A DNA stretch of 32,000 bases from Desulfobulbus propionicus DSM 2032 (GTDB taxonomy: Bacteria; Desulfobacterota; Desulfobulbia; Desulfobulbales; Desulfobulbaceae), in the NCBI RefSeq assembly GCF_000186885.1, contig NC_014972.1:3810001-3842000 (forward strand), read 5' to 3'. Of this stretch, positions 10,341-18,401 are shown piece after piece. The position numbers were made by a program, and so were the translations under genes. The notes beneath the pieces were generated by a model. The model had not been told where the DNA came from. It was given only the letters and a program-made list of their open reading frames with translations, and ran no database searches. Numbering within the stretch: the first letter of the stretch is position 1; every line of letters starts with the position of its first letter.

Positions 10341-11372
10341 ATGGCAATCAACAGACGGGATTTTCTCAAATTTTCGGCGGGGGCCGGCCTGATGCTGACT
10401 GCGGCGCCGACGCGCGGCCAAGCGGCACCGCGCGGGGAGCTGCCGCCCGATGCGGTCGGCATCCTCTATGACGCGACCCTGTGCATCGGCTGCATGTCGT
10501 GCATGGTCAACTGCAAGAAAGCCAACTCCGAACCCGGCGGCGCCTTGTACCACAAGGAAACTGCCGGCCAGATTCCCTTTGAATATCCGCAGGGCGATCC
10601 GATCTATGACGCCCCGGACAACCTCTCCTCCAAGACGCTGTGCGTGATCAAGGCCTACCGCGATGGTGACGGCGAGCAGCCCGGCCAGAGCGAAAAGGGC
10701 GGCCCGGCCTTCTCCTTTGTCAAGCAGCACTGTCTCCATTGTCTCGAACCGGCCTGCGTGTCGGTCTGCCCGGTGGCGGCCCTGCAAAAGCAGCCGGACA
10801 CCGGCATCGTCACCTACAACAAGAACCGCTGCTTTGGCTGCCGGTACTGTCAAATCGCCTGTCCCTTCGGTATTCCCGCCTATGAATGGGAAAAAGCCTC
10901 GCCCTCGGTGGTCAAGTGCCAGTTGTGCAATCATCGCTATGCCCAGGGAGGGTATTCCGCCTGCTGCGAATTCTGTCCCACCGGCGCCTCGATCTTCGGC
11001 AAGGTCAAGGATCTGCGGGAAGAAGCCAAGCGCCGCCTGGCGCTCAAGCCCGGCGAGACCTACGCCTATCCGGTCAAACGGGTCGACGGCGACGAGCGTA
11101 CCGAACAGGTGGTGGCCGAGTATGTCAACCATGTGTACGGTCTGGAAGAGGCCGGCGGCACCCAATATCTCTTCCTCGCCGGGGTGAGCTTCGACAAGCT
11201 AGGTTTCAACCCCAGGATCACCAACCAGGTCTATCCCGATTTCACCTGGGATTACGTGTCCCATGTACCGGCCCTGATCGGCACCCTGCTGGTGGCCGGC
11301 ACCGCGTTGCGGGTGGTAACCCAGAAGTTGGAGAAAAAAAACAATGACGCCGGGAAGGGGGATGCGTCCTGA
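10341..11372 (+). CDS. hybA: Hydrogenase-associated 4x[4Fe-4S] ferredoxin-type subunit (HybA-like, Tat-exported, C-terminal anchor)
   Basis: Tat motif NRRDFLKF. Four Cys clusters: CIGCMSCMVNC, CLHCLEPACVSVCP, CFGCRYCQIACP and CQLC...CCEFCP. C-terminal helix VPALIGTLLVAGTAL. ATG 10341 is preferred over GTG 10332 because of its spacing from GGGAG. Confidence 0.88.
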   Translation: MAINRRDFLKFSAGAGLMLTAAPTRGQAAPRGELPPDAVGILYDATLCIGCMSCMVNCKKANSEPGGALYHKETAGQIPFEYPQGDPIYDAPDNLSSKTLCVIKAYRDGDGEQPGQSEKGGPAFSFVKQHCLHCLEPACVSVCPVAALQKQPDTGIVTYNKNRCFGCRYCQIACPFGIPAYEWEKASPSVVKCQLCNHRYAQGGYSACCEFCPTGASIFGKVKDLREEAKRRLALKPGETYAYPVKRVDGDERTEQVVAEYVNHVYGLEEAGGTQYLFLAGVSFDKLGFNPRITNQVYPDFTWDYVSHVPALIGTLLVAGTALRVVTQKLEKKNNDAGKGDAS

Positions 11373-11454
11373 CCCCACACGGACAACCTGTCTCGCGAAC
11401 GTTGATATCAAGTGACATTCATCCCCCAGCAGCGGGAGTGTAAAGGAGAACACC

Positions 11455-13155
11455 ATGGCCCAAAAAATCACCATTGATCCAGTCACCAGAATAGAGGGGC
11501 ATCTGCGGATAGATTGCGAAGTCGACAACGGCAAGATCACCAATGCCTGGTCATCGGGACAGATGTGGCGGGGCATTGAAATCATCCTCAAAGGCAGGGA
11601 TCCCCGGGATGCCTGGGCCTATACCCAGCGCATCTGCGGCGTCTGCACCACCGTCCACGCCATGGCCTCGGTGCGGGCGGTCGAGGATGCCCTGAAACTG
11701 GAGATTCCGCTCAACGCCCAGTACATCCGCAACATGATCGTCGGCGCTCACGGCATCCACGATCACATGGTTCATTTCTATCAGCTGTGCGCCCTCGACT
11801 GGGTGGACATCGTTTCCGCCACCACCGCCGATCCCCAGGCAACCGCCGCGCTCGGACAGAAGCTGTCCGGCTGGAAGGGCAACAGTGTCCAGGAGATCAA
11901 AGCGGTCCAGGACCGGCTGAAAAAATTCATCGCCAGTGGGCAATTGGGGATCTTTGCCAGCGGCTATTGGGGGCATCCGGCGATGAAACTCACCCCCGAG
12001 GTCAACCTGCTGGCCGCCACCCATTACCTGCAGGCCCTGGAATATCAGCGCAAGATCAATCAGGTGGTGGCAATTCTCGGCAGCAAGACGCCGCACATCC
12101 AGAACCTGGCGGTGGGTGGGGTTACCAACCCGATCAATCCCGACAGTCCGGCCAATCTGACGATTGAAAAATTGTTCCACATCAAGACCCTGATCGACGA
12201 GGTGGGCGATTTCATCAAGCAGGCCATGCTCACCGACGTGGCCGCGATCGGCGCCTACTACGCCGATTGGACCCAATACGGCGCCGGCGTGCTCAACTAC
12301 CTGTCCGTGCCCGACATGCCCATGGACAGCAAGGGCACGACCTTTGCCCTGCCCGGTGGTTACATCCCGGGCGGTGATCTCGCCAAGTTCCGCCCGATCG
12401 CCAGCCAAAAGGAAACGGTGCTCTACGACTCGATCAAGGAGTCGATCAAACACGCTTGGTACAACGGCAACTGGGACCGCTCCCCCTACGAGGGGGAAAC
12501 AGTACCCAACTACACCGGATTCGAGTACGACAAGAAGTACTCATGGGTCAAGGCCCCCACCTTCATGGGGCAGCCGGCCCAGGTCGGCCCCCTGCCCCAC
12601 GTGGTGGCCATGTATCTTGCCGGCCACCAAGCCACCAAGCAGTATGTCGATGCCACCCTGCAGACCGTCTCGGCCCTGGCCGGCGCCACGGTGGGCATTG
12701 ACGCCCTCCACTCGACCATCGGTCGAATCGCCGCCCGGGTGGTACGCTGCGCCGTGCTTCATGATACCTTGAGCGTCCAGTGGCAGGCCCTGATCGACAA
12801 CATCGGCAAGGGGGACCTCGATACCTTCAACGCCCCGGTTTTTCCACGGGGCGAGCAACGCGGCGTCGGGTTCCACGAAGCCCCGCGCGGCACCTTGTCC
12901 CACTGGATCGTGATCGAAAACGGCAAGATCAAGAATTATCAGGCGGTGGTGCCCTCCACCTGGAACGCCGGGCCGCGCAACGACCAGGGGGCGCTCGGCC
13001 CCTACGAGGCCTCGCTGGTGGGCAATCCGGTGGCCAACGCCGAACTGCCGCTGGAGGTGCTGCGCACGGTTCATAGCTTTGATCCCTGCCTGGCCTGCGC
13101 CATCCACCTGGTCGACGGCCGCAAGACCCCGATCACCAAGGTCAGAGTGCTGTGA
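11455..13155 (+). CDS. hybC: [NiFe] hydrogenase large subunit
   Basis: AAAGGAGA SD. N-terminal RIEGH and the Ni-binding RICGVCT motif. C-terminal DPCLACAIH motif followed by a 15-aa extension (LVDGRKTPITKVRVL), the expected protease substrate. Both C-terminal ligands are Cys, so this is not a Sec (NiFeSe) enzyme. Confidence 0.96.
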   Translation: MAQKITIDPVTRIEGHLRIDCEVDNGKITNAWSSGQMWRGIEIILKGRDPRDAWAYTQRICGVCTTVHAMASVRAVEDALKLEIPLNAQYIRNMIVGAHGIHDHMVHFYQLCALDWVDIVSATTADPQATAALGQKLSGWKGNSVQEIKAVQDRLKKFIASGQLGIFASGYWGHPAMKLTPEVNLLAATHYLQALEYQRKINQVVAILGSKTPHIQNLAVGGVTNPINPDSPANLTIEKLFHIKTLIDEVGDFIKQAMLTDVAAIGAYYADWTQYGAGVLNYLSVPDMPMDSKGTTFALPGGYIPGGDLAKFRPIASQKETVLYDSIKESIKHAWYNGNWDRSPYEGETVPNYTGFEYDKKYSWVKAPTFMGQPAQVGPLPHVVAMYLAGHQATKQYVDATLQTVSALAGATVGIDALHSTIGRIAARVVRCAVLHDTLSVQWQALIDNIGKGDLDTFNAPVFPRGEQRGVGFHEAPRGTLSHWIVIENGKIKNYQAVVPSTWNAGPRNDQGALGPYEASLVGNPVANAELPLEVLRTVHSFDPCLACAIHLVDGRKTPITKVRVL

Positions 13156-13166
13156 ACGGGGGCGGG

Positions 13167-13661
13167 ATGAAGGCGCTGGTGCTGGGCATCGGCAATCTGC
13201 TGATCGGCGACGAGGGCGTCGGCTGCCGGACAATTGAGGAGCTGTCCCGCCGCTACACCCTGCCGCCCGAGGTGGAATGCGTCGATGGCGGAACGGCCGG
13301 ATTTGAGCTCTTGGCCATGCTCGACAGCAAGGACCACGTCATCCTCATCGATGCCCTGCGGGGCGACCGCGAGCCGGGAACCGTGGTCCTGGTCGAGGGC
13401 GACCATGTGCCCAAGGCCTTTCTCGCCCGCACCACCCCGCACCAGCTGGGCATCTGCGACGTGCTCGCCGCGGCCCAGCTCACCGACACCATGCCCAGAC
13501 ACCTGACCCTCTACGGCATAGAGCCCAAACAACTCGATGTCGGCATCGGCCTCTCCCCGGAGGTGGAGGCCGGAATGGAGAAAACCATCGGAGCCGTGGT
13601 CGAACAACTCCGTCACTTTGGATATGAGGTGAAACGCAATGGAATCGAATCCAAACATTAA
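13167..13661 (+). CDS. hybD: Hydrogenase maturation endopeptidase (HybD/HyaD family)
   Basis: MKALVLGIGNLLIGDEGVG...IDA...TTPHQLG... are typical protease motifs. ATG 13167 is preferred; the alternative GTG 13152 overlaps the large-subunit stop. Confidence 0.9.
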   Translation: MKALVLGIGNLLIGDEGVGCRTIEELSRRYTLPPEVECVDGGTAGFELLAMLDSKDHVILIDALRGDREPGTVVLVEGDHVPKAFLARTTPHQLGICDVLAAAQLTDTMPRHLTLYGIEPKQLDVGIGLSPEVEAGMEKTIGAVVEQLRHFGYEVKRNGIESKH

Positions 13662-14763
13662 AACGTGGACGCCGGCGACCATCGTCATGGTGGTGCTGAT
13701 CATCGTCGGAACCGTGGTCGCCCTCTATCGAATACTGTCTGGCCTCGGGGCGGTCACCAACATGAACGACGGCTACCCGTGGGGCTTCTGGCTCGGCCTC
13801 GACGTGCTCGGCGGCGTGGCCATGGCGGCGGGCGGGTTCATCATCGCCTGCGCCGTCTACCTGTTCAATTGGAAAAAATACCGGCCCATCGTCCGTCCGG
13901 CCATCCTCACCGCCTTTCTCGGTTACCTGATGGCGGTGGCGGCCATTTTCCTCGACATCGGCCACCCCTTCCGTTTGCCGCACCCCATGGTCATGTGGCA
14001 GTACCACTCGGTCATGTGGGTCGTGGCGATGCACGTCATCTTCTACACCACCACCCTGGCCCTGGAGTTCAGCCCTATGCTTTTTGAACGGCTGGGCTGG
14101 GAAAAGGCGCGCCGGGCCGTGGGCAAGGTGATGGTCGGCGCGGTCATCTTCGGCGTCATGCTCTCCACCTTGCACCAATCGTCGCTGGGCGCGGTGTTCC
14201 TGATCGCCCCCTCCAAGATGTCGCCGCTGTGGTGGGATACCAAGATGCCCTTTCACTTCCTGGTTTCCGCCGTGGCCATGGGCCTGAGCATGGTCAGCTT
14301 CGAAACCATGCTCAGCGCCAAGTTCCTCGGTCACAAGGTCGACAAGGAAATCTTTTTCGGCCTGGGACGGGGCGTGCTTATCGTGCTGAGCTTTTATCTG
14401 CTGCTCAAACTCTACCAGCTGTTTGCCGTCGCCAGTCCTGGCATGGCCTTCGACGGCTCGCTCGAGGGCAACATGTATCTGTTGGAGATGTTGATCGGGG
14501 TCATCCTGCCCATCGGTCTGCTCAGTCTCAAAACGGTGCGCACCAACGTCAACGCCCTCTTTTCGATCAATATGCTGGTGATCACCGGCGTGCTGCTCAA
14601 CCGGATGAACGTCTGTTTGTTCAGCATGGAAAGTTACAACACCTGGCGGGGTTCCGCCTACTCGCCCTCATGGATGGAGTTTTTGGTGTCGCTGGGCATC
14701 ATTTCCCTGGGCGTATTTCTCTACAAAATGTCGGCCAAGCACCTGCCCTTGTTCTCCCACTGA
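13639..14763 (+). CDS. hybB: Hydrogenase integral membrane subunit (HybB-like, NrfD/PsrC family quinone-interacting)
   Basis: 374 aa and polytopic. GYPWGFWLGLDVLGGVAMAAGGF...YRPIVRPAILTAFLGY...ALEFSPMLFERLGW aligns by eye with E. coli HybB (GFPWGLWIAFDLL...YHPLVRPALLASLFGY...ALEFAPALFERLGW). Overlaps hybD by 23 nt. Confidence 0.88.
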   Translation: MESNPNIKTWTPATIVMVVLIIVGTVVALYRILSGLGAVTNMNDGYPWGFWLGLDVLGGVAMAAGGFIIACAVYLFNWKKYRPIVRPAILTAFLGYLMAVAAIFLDIGHPFRLPHPMVMWQYHSVMWVVAMHVIFYTTTLALEFSPMLFERLGWEKARRAVGKVMVGAVIFGVMLSTLHQSSLGAVFLIAPSKMSPLWWDTKMPFHFLVSAVAMGLSMVSFETMLSAKFLGHKVDKEIFFGLGRGVLIVLSFYLLLKLYQLFAVASPGMAFDGSLEGNMYLLEMLIGVILPIGLLSLKTVRTNVNALFSINMLVITGVLLNRMNVCLFSMESYNTWRGSAYSPSWMEFLVSLGIISLGVFLYKMSAKHLPLFSH

Positions 14764-14875
14764 TCGCCGGAGAAACGCTTCATGCGGACGATGCGCACCG
14801 TTTTCGACCGCATGGGGCGCAGGCCAGCATACTTGGCCGATCAACACAGGCCTCAACGATAAACGGACGCTTTCC

Positions 14876-15196
14876 ATGCACATCGTGAAATCATCCAGTG
14901 CACGCGGTGTTGTCGCGCTCGGCTGTCTGCTCGCGGCCACGGTGCTGCCGCCAGCCGGCTCAGCCGCGGCTGGCGAAAATTGTCAGGAACTGGTGCGGAA
15001 TAAATGCGCCACGTGCCATTTCGTCACCTACATTTGTCCCAAGATCAAACAAGGCAAGGGCCGTTTCACCTGGAAAGGCATCGTCAAGGACATGGTCAAG
15101 GAAGGGATGGTGGCCACCGACCGGGAGCAGGAGCAACTGGTCGATTGCCTGGCCGTTCCGGACGCCCCGGTCAAGGCCTTTTGTCCAGCGCGATAA
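14876..15196 (+). CDS. Small secreted protein with one CxxCH haem-c motif (putative mono-haem cytochrome c)
   Basis: 106 aa. Signal peptide ...ARGVVALGCLLAATVLPPAGSAAA. Single CATCH motif in NKCATCH. The downstream ...RFTWKGIVKDMVKEGMVATDREQEQLVDCLA resembles, from memory, the C..CH...W..t..rM......l...e...l..YL haem-binding domain seen in quinohaemoprotein amine dehydrogenase alpha subunits. The SD is weak, and the start could be GTG 14885. Confidence 0.6.
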   Translation: MHIVKSSSARGVVALGCLLAATVLPPAGSAAAGENCQELVRNKCATCHFVTYICPKIKQGKGRFTWKGIVKDMVKEGMVATDREQEQLVDCLAVPDAPVKAFCPAR

Positions 15197-15213
15197 GCAC
15201 CGGTCCGCATCAC

Positions 15214-15259
15214 AACAGCAACGGGGAGAACGGCCAAGACCGTTCTCCCCGTTGCTGTT
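15214..15259. terminator. Perfect 20-bp-stem hairpin between convergent genes
   Basis: AACAGCAACGGGGAGAACGG (15214-15233), loop CCAAGA, CCGTTCTCCCCGTTGCTGTT (15240-15259), then TGTTG. It starts 18 nt after the stop of the CxxCH gene. The U-tract is poor. Confidence 0.5.
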
Positions 15260-15337
15260 TGTTGCCAATTGACTCTCCGGTAGTTGTTTTCGCATCGCTT
15301 CGGCGGGAGATGCACAACCAGGCGCCGTGCCGGAAGA

Positions 15338-15355
15338 GGGGCGTTGTCACGCCCC
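15338..15355 (-). terminator. Short GC hairpin just downstream of the minus-strand exported-protein gene
   Basis: GGGGCG, loop TTGTCA, CGCCCC. On the minus strand it is followed by TCTTCC. It begins 6 nt after the stop codon at 15362-15364. Confidence 0.35.
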
Positions 15356-15361
15356 AACCGT

Positions 15362-15994
15362 TCACTGTTCGATAACCGTCGTTTCGGTGATGGTGGTGGT
15401 CACGTTCACCAGCTCCTCCTCCCGTGCGGCATTGAAGTCGCCCAGGGTCTTGGCCCCGCCATAGAGTTCCACCTCCCCGGGAAAGCGGATGCCGATTTCC
15501 GAATAGGGGAACATGACCTTGGCGTCGAGAAAGAAGTCGTTGGCCAGGCTGTAGCCCGCGCCCAAAGCCCCCTGGACGTGGTTGTTGCCATAAAACCCGA
15601 GCAGTTCCGCAGAGGGATTCAAACTGTTGAACAGTTCGACAAACAGATTGCCTTCCACCCCATAGACCCGGTTGCCCTGGTCAATATCCGAAACGGAGGT
15701 GTGCTCCTCGGTGCTGACAAGAACCCCCTGTTCGTACCTGTTGGTCACGTGATGGGTGAGTGTGATCTCGTCCTCTTCCACCTCGGCATACTGGCAGGTC
15801 ACGCCCAGCCTGATGGTCGAGGGATCGAAAAAGGAACGGTTGGCACTCAGGGCAAACGGAACCTGGATGATTCCACCGACCCTGATCTCGTCGTCGGCAT
15901 GGACCGGCGAGGTCAGCATGACAGACGACAACCCAATCAGCGCGGCGGAGAGGATCGGTCGACGCAGGGAGGAATGCGGTTGCGTTCTTTTCAT
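15362..15994 (-). CDS. Exported protein of unknown family (possible small beta-barrel)
   Basis: From ORF 15362..16141. The start is moved to ATG 15994 (AGGAGA SD 6 nt upstream), which gives a clean signal peptide MKRTQPHSSLRRPILSAALIGLSSVMLTSPVHA|DDE. The mature part is beta-rich with alternating hydrophobic residues (GALGAGYSLANDFFLDAKVMFPYSEIGIRF). I recognise no motif. Confidence 0.65.
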   Translation of the reverse strand: MKRTQPHSSLRRPILSAALIGLSSVMLTSPVHADDEIRVGGIIQVPFALSANRSFFDPSTIRLGVTCQYAEVEEDEITLTHHVTNRYEQGVLVSTEEHTSVSDIDQGNRVYGVEGNLFVELFNSLNPSAELLGFYGNNHVQGALGAGYSLANDFFLDAKVMFPYSEIGIRFPGEVELYGGAKTLGDFNAAREEELVNVTTTITETTVIEQ

Positions 15995-16211
15995 AGTTTC
16001 TCCTGATGAACAAACATGAGTTAGCGAATTTTTCACCGGAGGATAGGAAGCACTTTTCCGCAATTTTTTCAATAGGATCTTGAAGAATATTTTCAGAAAC
16101 CATTGCTGAAAAGTATTTTCACCGCAATGCAGTTGGCTCATTGTGCCGCTTGCCGCCGAAATCCTGCGGCGGTGATCGCGCCGACAAGCCTCCTGGTTCG
16201 ATGAAAAGCTG

Positions 16212-16240
16212 TTGACTGTTGGCAGGCGATTATCTATTAG
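16212..16240 (+). promoter_or_regulatory. Sigma-70-like promoter for the cob operon
   Basis: TTGACT (16212-16217), 17-nt spacer, TATTAG (16235-16240). It lies about 90 nt upstream of the cobO ATG. Confidence 0.4.
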
Positions 16241-16328
16241 TCATCATTTCGCCCTGTTTGGGAGGCCGTGCACGTCGCAATGCCGCTGCCGTGTCCCTCA
16301 TTCCGGGCACTGCTCAGCGGAGACGGAT

Positions 16329-16844
16329 ATGGTGGGGTACGTTCAGGTCTATACCGGGGACGGCAAGGGCAAGACCACCGCAGCCCTTGGATTGGCTTTG
16401 CGGGCTGCCGGCGCCGGGCTCAAGGTCTACATCGGCCAGTTGATCAAAAACGCCGACTACAGTGAGCTCAACGTGTTGGAGCGCCTTGCCGATTGCATCA
16501 CCGTTAGGCAGTTCGGAAGGGGCTGTTTCTTGCTCACCGAGCCCTCCCCAGGCGACAGGGACGCGGCCCGTCATGCCCTGGAGGAGATTGGGCAGGTGCT
16601 GCGGGCGGGCGAACACGAGGTGGTCATCGCCGACGAGGCCAATGTGGCCTGTGCCTTGGGGCTGCTCACCGAGGCCGACTTGCTGGCGCTGATCGACCAG
16701 CGGCCGCCGCAGGTGGAACTGGTGCTGACTGGACGAGGCGCGCCGGCATCGGTGCTGGCCCGTGCCGATCTGGTCACCGAGATGCGGGCGGTGAAGCATT
16801 ACTACGACCGGGGCGTTCTCGCCCGCAAGGGCATTGAAGGCTAA
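16329..16844 (+). CDS. cobO: Cob(I)yrinic acid a,c-diamide adenosyltransferase
   Basis: Start at ATG 16329 (GGAGACGG upstream) rather than the 16212 extension. GYVQVYTGDGKGKTTAALGLALRAAG P-loop, DE...A, VLTGRGAP, KHYYDRGVLARKGIE. Confidence 0.9.
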   Translation: MVGYVQVYTGDGKGKTTAALGLALRAAGAGLKVYIGQLIKNADYSELNVLERLADCITVRQFGRGCFLLTEPSPGDRDAARHALEEIGQVLRAGEHEVVIADEANVACALGLLTEADLLALIDQRPPQVELVLTGRGAPASVLARADLVTEMRAVKHYYDRGVLARKGIEG

Positions 16845-16889
16845 CCGAGGATGAGGAGCGGCCTGTTGCCGTCTCCCGCGGAGGCAAGT

Positions 16890-18401
16890 ATGTCGAACGA
16901 AGCAGCCTGTCTGGCGGTGCTTGGCACCGGTTCGGACGTGGGCAAGAGTATCGTCACCACCGCCCTGTGCCGGATCTTCGCCAACCGGGGCATCCGGGTG
17001 GCGCCGTTCAAGGCCCAGAACATGTCGAACAATTCCGGGGTCACTCCGGAAGGGGCGGAGATGGGCCGGGCCCAGATCGTCCAAGCCGAGGCGGCCCGGG
17101 TGGCGCCGCACTGCGACATGAACCCCGTGCTGCTCAAGCCGGTCAGCGATGTCGGCTCGCAGGTGGTGCTCAACGGCGTGGCCTGGATGGACGCCTCCTC
17201 CCAATCCTACTACACCAAAAAAGACTATCTCTTTACCGAGAGCTGCGCGGCCCTGGCCCGGCTGCGCGCCAGCTGCGATCTGGTGATCATGGAGGGGGCC
17301 GGTTCCTGCGCCGAGGTCAATCTGATGGCGCATGACATCGTCAACCTGCGCATGGCCGCCCATGCCGGGGCGCCGGTGATTCTTGTCGCCGACATCGATC
17401 GGGGCGGAGTGTTCGCCCAGATCGTCGGCACCCTGGCCTGTGTCTCGCCCGAGCAGCAGGCCCAGATCCGCGGCTTTGTCATCAACCGGTTCCGGGGCGA
17501 TATCAGCCTGTTCCAACCCGGGATCGACTGGATCGAGCGGCGCACCGGCAAACCGGTCTACGGGGTGCTGCCCTGGTACAAACATTTCCACATCGAGGCC
17601 GAGGATGCGGTGGTGATCGAGAACGCCCCCAGGTTCAGCCCCGATGCTGTCGCCGAACCAACCATCGGTGTTATCCGCCTCCCCCATATCTCCAACTTCA
17701 CCGATTTCGATCCCCTGGCCCAGCTCCCCGGCTGCCGGCTGGTCTACCTGCAGCAACCGCAGGAGCTGGAGCAACTCAAGGCCGTGATCCTGCCCGGATC
17801 CAAGGCCACCTGCGCCGATCTGCAGTGGCTGGCGGACAGCGGCTGGCGCGACCATCTGCTGCGCTATGCGGCCGCCGGCGGTCACCTGCTCGGCATCTGC
17901 GGCGGCTACCAGATGCTCGGCACCTGGGTGCATGATCCGGACGGCATCGAAGGCCCGCCCGGTTCGACCGCCGGACTCGGCCTGCTGCCGGTGGAAACGG
18001 TGCTCAGGGCACCCAAGACCACCACCCTGACCGATTTTTCCTGGGACGGGATTCCCGGCAAGGGCTACGAGATCCACATGGGCCGGACCGAACCGCCCGC
18101 GGGCCAGGCGTTGGTGCGGGTGGAGCGCCGCAACGGCGTGGCCTGCACGGATCAGGACGGCTGCATCAGTGCGAACGGCCGGGTGATCGGCACCTACATG
18201 CACGGTCTGTTCGACGCCCCGGCCATCACCCGGTGCTGGCTGGCTGGCGTCGGCCTGGAAGACATCGCCGTGGACACCCTCCACGGCCCGGCGGCTCGCG
18301 ACCAAGCCTACGAACAGCTGACGGCCCATGCCGGCCGCCACCTGGACATTGCCGCGATCATCGCCTTGTTGCCACCGGAGCTGCAGGAGCGACTGCGATG
18401 A
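16890..18401 (+). CDS. cobQ: Cobyric acid synthase
   Basis: Start at ATG 16890 (GGAGG 6 nt upstream). N-terminus VLGTGSDVGKS, FKAQNMSNNS. C-terminal amidotransferase with LPGSKAT, GICGGYQMLG and YMHGLF. Confidence 0.93.
   Translation: MSNEAACLAVLGTGSDVGKSIVTTALCRIFANRGIRVAPFKAQNMSNNSGVTPEGAEMGRAQIVQAEAARVAPHCDMNPVLLKPVSDVGSQVVLNGVAWMDASSQSYYTKKDYLFTESCAALARLRASCDLVIMEGAGSCAEVNLMAHDIVNLRMAAHAGAPVILVADIDRGGVFAQIVGTLACVSPEQQAQIRGFVINRFRGDISLFQPGIDWIERRTGKPVYGVLPWYKHFHIEAEDAVVIENAPRFSPDAVAEPTIGVIRLPHISNFTDFDPLAQLPGCRLVYLQQPQELEQLKAVILPGSKATCADLQWLADSGWRDHLLRYAAAGGHLLGICGGYQMLGTWVHDPDGIEGPPGSTAGLGLLPVETVLRAPKTTTLTDFSWDGIPGKGYEIHMGRTEPPAGQALVRVERRNGVACTDQDGCISANGRVIGTYMHGLFDAPAITRCWLAGVGLEDIAVDTLHGPAARDQAYEQLTAHAGRHLDIAAIIALLPPELQERLR

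Noticed and set aside
11402-11411. TTGATATCAA palindrome between hybA and the large-subunit gene, superficially FNR-like.
   Set aside because: The FNR consensus needs TTGAT-N4-ATCAA and this has no spacer. About 30 perfect 10-bp palindromes are expected by chance in 32 kb.
13030-13155. Checked whether the hydrogenase large subunit is a selenocysteine (NiFeSe) enzyme with an in-frame TGA.
   Set aside because: The C-terminal motif reads DPCLACAIH with ordinary Cys codons, and the ORF is uninterrupted. It is a standard [NiFe] enzyme.
15995-16141. N-terminal extensions suggested by the ORF track: 15995-16141 for the exported protein, 16212-16328 for cobO, 18233-18397 for the decarboxylase, and 473-520 for the binding protein.
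   Set aside because: In each case an internal start has a proper SD and yields a canonical N-terminus (a signal peptide or a conserved motif near the start). The extensions are composition-biased and overlap promoters or upstream genes.
16142-16328. Possible cobalamin riboswitch upstream of cobO; also tested on the minus strand, where AACCAGGAGGCTTGTC (complement of about 16182-16197) matches the B12 box at 12/16 positions.
   Set aside because: The conserved elements do not occur in the required order on either strand. GGTGAAAAT-like segments lie downstream of the B12-box-like segment on the minus strand, and the plus-strand leader is too short. Kept only as a low-interest item to test with cmsearch.
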